DNA of 64,000 nt from Naegleria gruberi (Eukaryota), in the NCBI GenBank assembly GCA_000004985.1, contig GG738892.1. The stretch is one strand, 5' to 3'. Below, one piece after another: positions 14,607 through 24,861 of the stretch. The position numbers were made by a program, and so were the translations under genes. The first letter of the stretch is position 1; the number at the start of each line of letters is the position of its first letter. Below the pieces are notes generated by a model, which saw only the letters and a list, made by a program, of their open reading frames with translations, made no database searches and was not told the origin of the DNA.

Positions 14607-15973
14607 TTAATTTTGATATCCACCATTTTGGTTATAATATTGTTGTTGTTGGGATTGAGAATAGCCCATATTTCCATATTGAGAATCATTCATTGGATTT
14701 CCATATTGTACAGATTGACCATATTGAGAAGTATTTTGAGAGGTTGGAATATTTTGATAATTACTTTGATACATGTTGTTTTGATTTCCTGGTTGACCAT
14801 TATAATAAGATTGATTCATAGAAACTGGACTAACAGATTGATTAATGGCTTGATTAATAGATTGAGTCATTGGTTGTTGTTGCTGTTGGGAAGTAGATGG
14901 AAGTTGTGTACTAGTGTACTTTTGATTCAACTTTTGAGTAATGGTATCCAAAATCTTGCATTGAACTTCATAGGTCTTTTTCATTTCAGCATTTCTAATT
15001 CTGAGATCTGAAACTTCCCTTTCCAATAGGGCAACCATTTGATTAACCTTTTCATTCAATTCATTTGGTGGTGAAGTTTGATTTGAAGGAATAGAATTGG
15101 CAGATAAATTATCAACCTGTTGAACAAATGATACTGTTTGAGTATTCAAATTATTTGCATTATTGGAATAGGATAATGATGGATTAACTGCTTGTTGAGG
15201 TGAATTTCTAGTAGAACCATTAAAATTGAAATTATTCACAGATCTAGAATCAACAGAAGATTGAGAATATTGTGATTGATTATCGTGGGATTGATTCATA
15301 TTTCCATGACCAACATTTCCAAGTGCTTGTTGTTGTTGTTGATTGCCATTATTATAATTTCCACTAACAGTACCATTGGAAGAAGGCATTGATTGATTGG
15401 CAGCACTATTCGTTGGAGTGTTGTTTGGTGAAAAGGATGGAGGTGATGCAACTGATCGGAAAGCATTACCATTCATCATCATGGAATTATTCATCATTGG
15501 ATTATAGTTTTGATTGTTATTCATCATCACCATGGAATTATTCATCATTGTTGTGGTTGTGGTTGCTGATGATGTTGATTATTATTGTTGATCATTACAT
15601 TATTTGGAATATCGGATGATGCTGATGATGATACTTGTTGTTGTGGTTGGAAGGAATTATTCATCATAGGATTAATAGGAGATGATGATCCATAACTTTG
15701 CTGATTTGATTGTTGTGGCACAACAGAACTACTGTATTGTTGATTATTGTGTTGTTGTTGTTGTTGTGGATAGGAAGGAACAGAAGAAGAAGCATTCATA
15801 TATGGTTGTTGTTGCATCTGATGATGATAGGAAATTTGATTACCACTTCCAATGGTTACTCCATTATTATTATTATTACTGAAATTATTATTGATATTGC
15901 TAGTAGTGTTGGAAAGGTTTGAGTATTGTTGGTGTTGCTTTTGTCGCTGATCAGCTTCTTGTTGGGAAAGCAT
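14607..15973 (-). CDS. Q/N-rich low-complexity (prion-like) protein with a C-proximal coiled coil. The two ORFs (15545..15973 and 14607..15548) are offset by one nucleotide, so this is a frameshift or indel.
   Basis: Both ORFs on the minus strand show strong N/Q/S/M bias (runs QQQQQ, NNNNN) and a heptad region 'ELNEKVNQMVALLEREVSDLRIRNAEMKKTYEVQ'. The frames overlap by about 12 codons within CAA/CCA repeats near 15545. Confidence 0.5.
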
Positions 15974-16240
15974 TTTTTTGTGTAGAGTTGGGAATTCCGA
16001 AACGTGATGGTCAATTTGAAGGTAACCAAGTGCTTGTTTCGACTATTCTTACAAGAAAACAAAGTTTTTTTGAAAGCAAATTCTAGCTACTCATCCTCTG
16101 TTTCAATTCACTGATATATTTTGCTCCTTCACCACCGACATATTATTGTAATTAATGTTTACACTACTTTATTAATTGACATAGCAAAGCTTGGCCATGA
16201 CCACATTGTTTTCTTCAATATTAAGATTTTGAGAATATGG

Positions 16241-16360
16241 ATGGCTACGGCCATATCACGATGAACGCACCTCATCCCGTTCGATTTGAGAAGTTAAGCA
16301 TCGTCGAGCCACATCAGTACTGAGGTTGGAGACAACTTGGGAACCTGTGGTGCTGTAGTC
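16241..16360 (+). rRNA. 5S ribosomal RNA (120 nt), copy 1
   Basis: Matches eukaryotic 5S hallmarks: ACGGCCATA..GAACGC..GAAGTTAAGCA..TAGTACT..TGGGAGAC..CTGGGAA..GGTGCTGTAG. It is immediately followed by TTTTT (a Pol III terminator). Confidence 0.85.
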
Positions 16361-16365
16361 TTTTT
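16361..16365 (+). terminator. Pol III oligo-T terminator of 5S copy 1
   Basis: TTTTT run directly after the 5S 3' end. Confidence 0.55.
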
Positions 16366-17769
16366 AATCTTAGATAAAGCAACAGGAGTTTAACTGAGCT
16401 TGAGAGGTTATAAATAACATTATGAACTATTGTAAATATTGTGTGAATGATTTAGGTTTTATTTGCAATGATTTGCCTTGGTTTACAAAATTTTGAGTTA
16501 AATGGAGATTACCACTTTTTGAATTGTTTGTTTCTCATTTAGTGATTGAGATTTGGAAGTTTTACTTGTTTCATCAAAATATTAATAGAAAAATTCAAAC
16601 TTCTTGTGATGAGTGGAAAATCCACTAAAAATCAGAATCACAAAATTAGTTATAAATAGGATGATGAAAGTTCCACAACAAAACAAAGTTACTAAATAAC
16701 AAACACTAAGAGCAAAATGCCAGCTAGAAATACCTCATCAAATTCTTCATCTTCCTAAGATAGAATTCCAACAAAAACAGAATGGACAAGATCAAAACCA
16801 ATTGATTTATCTAAGAGATTACCATTATTTGATATTGATACTTCTAATATTATAAGTGGAACTAGACATCGTAATAATATTGATTATCATCATGCAAATT
16901 TAAATGGTAAACAAATTTCTGTGAAAAGATCTTCTAAAAATTCAATTGAAAAGAGAGCTAAACAACAATCGAACACCACTAATAAGAAGATTACCAAATC
17001 GAAAAAGATGTAAATTACAACTTGTAAATAATTCAGTAAATTGTAAATAAAATAATTTGTTTTGAAATAGATGAAGTTTCAATTTAGAATTGATCAGAAT
17101 ATGAGAAACCAAAATTTGGATCAAGCAACTCACGTGGCAAAAGTTCAATAAATAGAAGGGTGATCAACCTTTTCAATTTCTTCAACAACCTGTTATTTGA
17201 ACACAACAAGATTCGTCCAGAACTCTTGCCTTCACTGTTCATACAGTCAAAGACTGTAGCGGGATAGTCGCCATATTCCTGGCAGGCTTCCCGTCTAAAA
17301 TTACAAAACGAATTAACCATTGAAAGACAAAATCTTAGTTACTTGAAATCTTTAACATATTCCTTCATTTTTTCAATTTATTTTTTATTCATTGTATTAA
17401 GGCAATAAATGGCTACGGTATATCCTTTCATAGAGTTAAACATTGATTTTGAGTAATGAATAGCTGTACCCAAACCATTTTACAAGTATTAAATTTTTCC
17501 AATAATCACCTTTTAATTCAAAACCATTAAGAGTCAAATTGCATTCAATTCACGAACAACAAGTTAAAATTCATTATTGCATGTACAGCTGCAGCCCATA
17601 CTTACAAAACATGAACCAAGTTTGTGTCCAGAAACAAAAATCGGTTCATTGAAAGAATTTCTTTGCAGAAGAACTACTTTCTAAAAATATATACATCTCA
17701 AAACAATATAAAAAGCAAGGAACTGTTTTGAATTCAAGAAAAACAATAAGAAACAGGACAACAAACATA

Positions 17770-18228
17770 ATGCAATTATTTGTCAAGACACTCACTGGAA
17801 TAACTATCACTTTGGAGGTTGAATCTAATGATTCAATTGAAAACGTGAAAAGAAAAGTGCAAGATAAGGAAGGAATTTCACCAGATCAACAAAGACTCAT
17901 CTTTGCTGGAAAACAATTGGAAGATGGCAGAACTATTAATGATTACAACATTCAAAAAGATTCAACTCTTCATTTGGTGTTGAGATTAAGAGGAGGAATG
18001 CAACTTTTTGTAAAAACTTTAACTGGAAAGACAATCACTATTGAAATGGAATCGAATGATACTGTTGAGAATATGAAACAAAAGATATTTGATAAGGAAG
18101 GTATTCCTTCAGATCAACAACGATTGATTTATGCCGGTAAGCAATTGGAAGATGGAAGAACTATTGGTGATTACAATCTTCAAAAGGATTCAACTGTGCA
18201 TTTAGTATTGAGATTGAGAGGTGGTTAA
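17770..18228 (+). CDS. Tandem di-ubiquitin (2 x 76 aa, ending GG-stop), highly divergent from canonical ubiquitin
   Basis: Two head-to-tail ubiquitin-fold repeats, [10 protein letters not shown]...LRLRGG, with the stop directly after the second GG. Repeat 1 differs from canonical ubiquitin at 11 of 76 positions and repeat 2 at 16 of 76. The two repeats also differ from each other. Confidence 0.85.
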   Translation: MQLFVKTLTGITITLEVESNDSIENVKRKVQDKEGISPDQQRLIFAGKQLEDGRTINDYNIQKDSTLHLVLRLRGGMQLFVKTLTGKTITIEMESNDTVENMKQKIFDKEGIPSDQQRLIYAGKQLEDGRTIGDYNLQKDSTVHLVLRLRGG

Positions 18229-18425
18229 GTTAGCAAAATATCATAGATTATCTCAATTATTGTCAAAAAATTATTTATTGAATAGTGAACATGAGTAAAA
18301 TTTATTCAATATAATAATCAACATCCAAAAACAAGTCATTTGTAACTTAGATTACATACACCCAATTTCAAAGCAGTTCAGAGGAAGGGTTGAACTGATT
18401 CATGTTTCACAATTTAAGATAATGA

Positions 18426-18545
18426 ATGGCTACGGCCATATCACGATGAATGCACCTCATCCCGTCCGATTTGAGAAGTTAAGCATCGTCGAGCCACATC
18501 AGTACTGAGGTTGGAGACAACTTGGGAACCTGTGGTGCTGTAGTC
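18426..18545 (+). rRNA. 5S ribosomal RNA (120 nt), copy 2
   Basis: Identical to copy 1 except for two substitutions in the 5' third. Followed by TTTTT. Confidence 0.85.
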
Positions 18546-18550
18546 TTTTT
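18546..18550 (+). terminator. Pol III oligo-T terminator of 5S copy 2
   Basis: TTTTT after the 5S 3' end. Confidence 0.55.
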
Positions 18551-18765
18551 ATCTTTTTGAAACATTTAACAAAGAAAAAGCATCATGATGTTAAATAAGA
18601 ATATGCAAATATCTCAAACCAACTTTTTGAGTTTATGAAAGGATGTTAAATCACTTCAATACAACAATTAAAAATTAAATTAGTGATTAGCATAACGTTA
18701 AAAACAACGAGACAATTCATTTTGCAATAAAGCAATTTTTATTTCAAGTTTTAATTTCTTAAAAT

Positions 18766-19002
18766 TTAAGCAGAAGCTTGCATAATCTTGAAACCCCACC
18801 AGATGGCCCACAACCAACCAATCAACAAGGAAGCCAAGATAAATTGGAGAATACCAACAATCAAAGTTGAAGTCATCTTTTCCTTTTCAGAAGTGAGGAA
18901 AGCAGCAATAATAGTACCGAAACCTGGGAAGAGGATATTGAGGATGAGGACAATCAATCCCATACCTTCACATCTTGGAGTGCTATCTTCGAGGAGACCC
19001 AT
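18766..19002 (-). CDS. Small (78 aa) two-TM membrane proteolipid, paralog A. Possibly SPEC3/Stum-like.
   Basis: MGLLEDSTPRCEGMGLIVLILNILFPGFGTIIAAF...LIGWLWAIWWGFKIM. It has two hydrophobic helices, a C...N..FPGfGT motif and a GWLWxIWWG motif. It is 90% identical (70/78) to the ORF at 20560..20796. Confidence 0.6.
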   Translation of the reverse strand: MGLLEDSTPRCEGMGLIVLILNILFPGFGTIIAAFLTSEKEKMTSTLIVGILQFILASLLIGWLWAIWWGFKIMQASA

Positions 19003-19089
19003 TTTGTATTTTTGATTTGTTTTGTTTTTTTTTGTTGAGGAGACTGAAGAGTGCCTTAGTTTTCAGTTAAATAGTTCATCTGCTCATCA

Positions 19090-19180
19090 TTGCGCGGGAA
19101 ACAACACAAGTAGGTACTGTTCCTTAGACCTATTACAATGTATTTCTGTTGGTGTGCCCCTCCTTGGCATTGGCGGGAAG
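19090..19180. promoter_or_regulatory. GC-rich E2F-like motifs (TTGCGCGGGAAA at 19090-19101; TTGGCGGGAAG at 19170-19180) in the promoter of the small TM gene, paralog A
   Basis: Matches to the TTTSGCGC-type consensus inside otherwise AT-rich intergenic DNA. Similar motifs recur at 20884-20949, 45057-45094 and 61502-61523. Confidence 0.25.
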
Positions 19181-19530
19181 TTACGTTAGCTGTAGTACAA
19201 AAGAGATGAAATTTGAAAAGCGCCTTAGAAGAGGTGGTTGATTTGATTCGGTGAACGCTATTGTTGTTTACTGGATAATGTTCATCACCCACACAACCTC
19301 AGCTCTCTCGATCGAGTAATAGAGTAATAAGCAAACAAGCATTTTGAATGTAACACTACAATATATTCAGAAATTGTAAATTATACAACAAAGATTCCAA
19401 CTCCTTTCTATTATCATTACTAACCTCGATCAATAACTTGGTTCAACAATATTGAAAAGTTGTAAACCTTCTCTCCGATCAATTATTCAACAAGGAAATT
19501 GAATATGGTAAAATATTATAATATTTTAAA

Positions 19531-20275
19531 ATGCCAGAATCTTACACTCTCCATTATTTCAACCTCCAAGCCGTAGGTTTTGATTTTCATCACATCATCA
19601 TAAAATTCAAATTAATTCAATTAACACTTCTTTCTTTGATAAATTAAAAAGAGAGGTGAAGCTGCCTATCTCATAGCTGTGCACGGTGGCGTTCCAGTCA
19701 CAAGAAATCTCTTCTCCGATTTCAACAAGGATTTGAAGGAAAAGTGTCCTTTCGGACAGGTTCCATTACTTGTTGTGCAGGATGATGTCAGTGGTGCCAC
19801 TGCACACATTGTACAATCTATTGCAATTTGTGAATTTTTGGCAAAGAAGGCTGGTTTAATTCCAACCTCTCATGTTGAACAAGCCATTGCTTTGCAATAC
19901 GTGTTGGGAGTTGATGAATTTAGAACTGAAGTCTACTCTCAATATTACAGTGGAAAGGAAACACAACAGGCAAAGAAGGAATGGAAGGAAGGAAAGATGA
20001 AATTCTTCTTGGACAAGTTTGAATCATTCTTGGTTGGAAATAAGAAGGAAGATCGTGATCTCTTCCTTGTCGGATCATCAATTTCTTGGGCTGATATTTG
20101 CTTGTATGATGCATTGGTAGAACAAGCCTTTTTGTTGGATGAAGATAACTTGTGGGGTAATTATCCACTCCTCAAAAAATTCATGAAACAAGTTGAAAAC
20201 AGTTCTGAATCCTTTAAACAATATGTTACAAGTAGCAGTAAACCAGTTTTGTATATGAAGAATTGGAGACAATAA
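19531..20275 (+). CDS. Glutathione S-transferase (sigma/HPGDS-like class), two exons: exon 1 19531..19576, intron to 19661 or 19676, exon 2 to 20275
   Basis: Exon 1 encodes MPESYTLHYFNLQAV (a GST N-terminus of the MPxYxLxYFN type). Exon 2 contains PFGQVPLLVV and a C-terminal GST domain (LVGSSISWADICLYDALV). The acceptor is a pyrimidine tract ending ...CTCATAG. The donor GTTTTG and the exact acceptor are uncertain. Confidence 0.6.
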
Positions 20276-20559
20276 AGACTACTCTGATGAATGTATCAAT
20301 ATTTTGAAAATATTCGATTCAATAATTTTTCACACACCCTGTTTGTATAAAACATGACAGCCAGATGTCATCATGATGCCAATTCACATGAGATATTTTA
20401 CACAATCATTGTGTGAAGGAGTTCAAAAAGCAGTTGAACAACGAGTGATTCCAATGTCCTTCACAAAGATAGTCTACATAAAACATGAGAAGAGTATGAA
20501 CAAGTAATATTTGTTTTACAAGTGAGTTGTATTATTTATTATTGGAAATTAAAAAAGAT

Positions 20560-20796
20560 TTAAGCAGAAACTTGCATAATCTTGTAACCCCACCAGATAG
20601 CCCACAACCAACCAATACACAATGAAGCCAAAACCAATTGGAGGATACCAACAATCAAGGTTGAGGTCATCTTTTCCTTTTCACTGGTGACGAAAGCAGC
20701 AATGATGGTACCGAAACCTGGGAAGAGGAAGTTGAGGATGAGGATGATCAAACCCATACCTTCACATCTTGGAGTACTATCTTCTAAAAGACCCAT
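20560..20796 (-). CDS. Small (78 aa) two-TM membrane proteolipid, paralog B of 18766..19002
   Basis: 90% amino-acid identity to paralog A. The flanking 5' and 3' UTR nucleotides are also similar (aagcagaaRcttgcataatcttg). Confidence 0.6.
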   Translation of the reverse strand: MGLLEDSTPRCEGMGLIILILNFLFPGFGTIIAAFVTSEKEKMTSTLIVGILQLVLASLCIGWLWAIWWGYKIMQVSA

Positions 20797-21632
20797 TTTG
20801 ATTATTGTTTTGTTTTTTTTTGTTTTTCAATACATTGATGTTTGGCAGTTGCTCTGGATTTTAAAGCACCTCAGCCAAATGGCAGCTGGCGCAAATTTCA
20901 AAGGTTTTTTTGCAGTGCTACCTCGGAGAGACCATTTGGCGCGTAAAAGTTCATGGCACCTGGAAAAAAAATCTCAAGAACCAATCAATGCACTGCCATT
21001 CGATATCCGTTACAACAATTTACAACGATTAAATGACTAAATACATTATTAAAAAGGTGAAAGGATGATCGATGTGATCTGAGATGAACTAGTTTTATCA
21101 TAGTTTCATCACCCATATGAACATTGAAAGTTTGTTATCCATATTCCTTATATTCCCTTCTATCTCCTTCAACAAACATTATTGCAAATATTGTTAAACA
21201 TTGTAAACAGTTTAAAAATCATGAAATGATTGGATAGCAGCGTAATGTAACCCTACATAGGTCCAAGTCAACCTCGGACATTGCACAATTATCTAGATTT
21301 TTACAGTATTCTCTCCGTTCTAAGAAATGAAAGGTAATATTTCAAAGCACTACGGTTTGCAGTGACATTTAAGAAGCGTTAAACATTCTAAGAGAGAGGT
21401 GGGTAGTAAATTGATAAAGCACCTACAATGCGATTTTTAAAGAGCCTTCAAGGTGAAGAAAAGATGTTAAGGAATGTGATGAGACTCCACGTACCAGAAT
21501 TTGATATTAAGAAAATAAGATTTTTAATTGGATGAAAAACAATTTAAAGTTGATCAGTTCCTTCAGGATTCGGAACAACAGTTGTTCTTTGATCATCATC
21601 AATTAATTATTTAAAATTAAATTTAAAAAATC

Positions 21633-23597
21633 ATGTCCACAGACGCCAACGCTCACGATCATCATCAGGAAGTAAAAGAACAACCACAACAACCAGTAAA
21701 CTCACTCTATGAGAGGGCTAAAAGGAAATTAAAATTGGAAACACCAGCCTCTCAAGCTGTAACCTACTCCCAGTTGGAATTACCATATCATGCTCCTCCA
21801 GTCATTTACAAGATTGTATACAATGAGGAGAGTAGGAGTGCCACATTATTTGAAAGAGTTAATACTTGGAAGGGATCCAAGGAAGAATTGAGAGAAAATG
21901 AAAAAGCCTTGTCAAGAATTAGACAAGATCAACTCACTTATCAACAGCAACAGCAAAAACAACATTCGAATATTTCTTCGTCTTCTTCATCTTCTTCAAC
22001 TTCCTCATCATCGGATAAATCCTCTAACAATGAATCGAATACAATCATTAATATTACTAATAATGTTGGAGACTTTTTAGCATATCACTTTTTGAAAGGA
22101 TGCTATCCCGATATTGAATGGACATCAGTCAATTCGGATTCTGCTCTTGCTGATTTATTTACAAAGGAAAATTCCATGTTAAATAAGAAGGCTAATTACA
22201 TGTGGGCCATTGATGCCAATTTTAATTTCATATTTGCTCCAGAACATCAAATGGATTTTGCATTGCAAAGAATTAGAGTTAAGCATGGAGATTTGACAGC
22301 TACTGGTAAAACTTTGATTGGAAGTTTGGATAATTTGACAGTTGGAAGATTGCCAGCTCGGTAAGTACAACATTAAAAGGAGGAAATAATTGACATTTTG
22401 TACTCAAGTGTTGGAGGTGAATTTAGATGGGACGATTCGAAAGGAACATGGAGAATTGACAATGATTCATCCTATTGCTTTTTCAGAGAGGATGAATTGG
22501 TAATTTCAAATACAGCCAAGGTGAAATGGCAATTTATTACTGAACTATTCCTGAGATCGGTTGGTGTAAAGACCAATGATATTTTATGGTTGGATTTGGT
22601 TCAATCTAGAAAACTGGATAGTTTTGTGGTTCAAAAATTATCCAAAGCCTTTGTAAGAATGAAGAGAGATGACGAAAAGCAAGCAGCTATCAATGATATT
22701 GGATCCAAGTTTTCTCTTGTTAACTTGTTCAAGGGTGTCAATTTATTTGATATTGTTTTTGAAGCTTTTGGAGCTAAGAGTTATTTTTGTACATTAGGTA
22801 AATTGCATGTTGAGATTTTGGAGGCTTCTAATTTGTCCTATGTGGATGTATTCAAAATTCAACATGCCTACTCTTACTGCACTGTTGGGCTGAGAGGATC
22901 AGACCTTGTAGAGCATAGGAATTGGTGGGATAGATATTATCAAACCAAAACTGTTAAAAGAAATCAAAATCCTCAATTCCATGAATCTTTCGCACTCTAT
23001 GTATCAAGTATGGATATTCAAATTTTGGACTTGAAGGTTTATCATTCCAAACATCAACTTATTCCAGTTTTATTAGGAGAATGTGAATTGGAATTGAGTG
23101 ATTTGAACTTTAAAGATTATGATGAACTGGATTTGTGGTTACCATTGGTAGTTCCAAAAGGAATTTTGGATATTGCTCGTCCAAGTCCCTCGAGCAAGCA
23201 CTCTGATACAGGCATCAATGCACTCAACAATATCTTCTCGGGTACAAGTCTCGTTCAAGTGGATTCAATTTCTCAACAGTCATCTCCAACCATTGTAGGT
23301 TCAATGGTTGATATTGGAACCAATCTCAAAAAGGTCACTGGTATCCATAATACTAGTTCATCAAGAGTTGGAAATGTTTCTGTCAAGGCTGCCAGTATGA
23401 GCATGCAAACATTTACAATACCATCCAAAACAGATCAAATGATCCATGTTAAACTGAGATGGGAACCACACAGCAAGACAGATTCTACAAAGAATATTCA
23501 AGTTGAAAGTACAGCATCAACAAGTCCAAAGAGTGAACAATTATATACCTATGATCAAATCATGAAAGATCAAGAAACTGATACAACAGTAAATTAG
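21633..23597 (+). CDS. C2-domain protein. Exon 1 21633..22360, 48-nt intron 22361..22408 (GTAAGT...CTCAAG), exon 2 22409..23597.
   Basis: Two in-frame ORFs are separated only by a TAA that lies inside a GTAAGT donor. Splicing gives ...LPAR|VGGEFRWDD. The C2-like region reads GKLHVEILEASNL...NPQFHESFALYV...LKVYHSK. The N-terminus carries poly-Ser and poly-Gln runs. Confidence 0.6.
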
Positions 23598-23967
23598 AAT
23601 ATTATGAATGAATATCATCAAGTAAGATAATTCATTCTTCTTAAGGTAAGATTCAATTCGACAAAAAAATGACTCTAGAAACTGCTCTTCATCACTAGTT
23701 TATTTTCTCTTGTGAAAAACAGATTGGAGATTCTAAAAGAGGCCTTGGAAATTTGTTAAACTATTTTCTGGGAGCCATTTCAATTGCTCACTGTGTAATA
23801 CTTCACACAATGATCGTATTCAATTCTGCAATGCTTGTGTTGAAAGTGGGAACATGTACACATGTAATGATTTTATTTTACATATAGAATGCAGCTATAA
23901 ATCTGGGAAGTTTTCAAGGTTTATTGTTGGTTTAAATAATTGGTTGAAAATATTCGAAAGCCACAGT

Positions 23968-24861
23968 TCATTCCTCAATAAATTCACACTCTGGCTTTAC
24001 AAATGCATTACTATATCTATTGAGATTGACATGATTGTAATTTTTGATGTGATTATTTCTATCAAAAGTTAAGAGATTCATCAATAAGATCTCTCCCTTT
24101 CCAGTTTGACAATAAACATTGAAAAACTCATCACTTCCTTCAAATTTAACCCAAAGAGAAACCTTTGTCTTCTCACATGTTGGTAAAAGGAACTGCTTTG
24201 TAAGGAAACCTTTTGTATTAACGTAGGAAACAGCATTTTCCTTGACATTGGCAACCATCTTCATCTTTTTAACAAATTCCTTCTCATCACTCATTCTAGG
24301 TCCAAATTTATTTCTCTTTGATTTGTAAATGGATATTATAATTTCTCTCTTCCTATTTCCTGATGGTTCCAATTCTAAATAGGTGGCAGATGATGATATT
24401 CTCTTGACTCCATCTTCCTCACTGTCAGAACCTTCGTCTTCACTTACATGTTTCTTACGTTTGGTTTTTTCAGATTTCTCTTGGTACTTTCTCTTGTTAT
24501 TGTGTTGTGGTTGTTGTTCAAATGTATTGAAAATGGCATGTGTAGTAGATGAAGTAGATGGTTCACTAGTTGCTGTATTGTATGTTTCCTTGGATGTGGT
24601 TTCAGAGTGATTTTCTGACGCAAGTGACATGCATTCGATATGTGTTTGTTGGTGTGCAGATTCTCCTCTTAATATGTTTGGAGCTAAGACATGCTCTGCA
24701 TGTCTACTGTTACTGGTGTTGCATGTGTTTGGAACAGTTTGTGGATGTGTGGGGGTTGCGTTTCCTGTTGTGGCCATTCTGGTGCTGTCTTCTGCTAAAA
24801 GCTCTGAAAAGAACAAATCCAAAACATTGAAATCAGTAACTGAAAAGTGGGTATTCTTCAT
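23968..24861 (-). CDS. Hypothetical protein (297 aa) with a Ser/Thr-rich N-terminal half and a basic region
   Basis: A long ORF in AT-rich DNA. I recognise no domain. Confidence 0.4.
   Translation of the reverse strand: MKNTHFSVTDFNVLDLFFSELLAEDSTRMATTGNATPTHPQTVPNTCNTSNSRHAEHVLAPNILRGESAHQQTHIECMSLASENHSETTSKETYNTATSEPSTSSTTHAIFNTFEQQPQHNNKRKYQEKSEKTKRKKHVSEDEGSDSEEDGVKRISSSATYLELEPSGNRKREIIISIYKSKRNKFGPRMSDEKEFVKKMKMVANVKENAVSYVNTKGFLTKQFLLPTCEKTKVSLWVKFEGSDEFFNVYCQTGKGEILLMNLLTFDRNNHIKNYNHVNLNRYSNAFVKPECEFIEE

Noticed and set aside
14604-15011. Plus-strand ORFs (135 aa and 79 aa) rich in I/L/W
   Set aside because: They are the antisense translation of the Q/N-rich minus-strand gene. CAA/AAT repeats read as TTG/ATT on the other strand.
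16942-17320. Minus-strand ORF 16942..17148 as a gene
   Set aside because: It overlaps the plus-strand open frame 16763..17013, which is longer and Lys-rich, and it has no independent support. Only the 17087..17320 ORF is kept, as a low-confidence observation.
17770-18228. Calling this locus canonical polyubiquitin (UBI4-type)
   Set aside because: The repeats are non-identical and each has 11-16 substitutions against canonical ubiquitin. It is annotated instead as a divergent di-ubiquitin or ubiquitin-like gene.
18788-21040. Plus-strand ORFs 18788..19015 and 20687..21040
   Set aside because: They are antisense to the two conserved small-TM paralogs. The minus-strand reading is supported by paralog conservation and hydrophobic helices.
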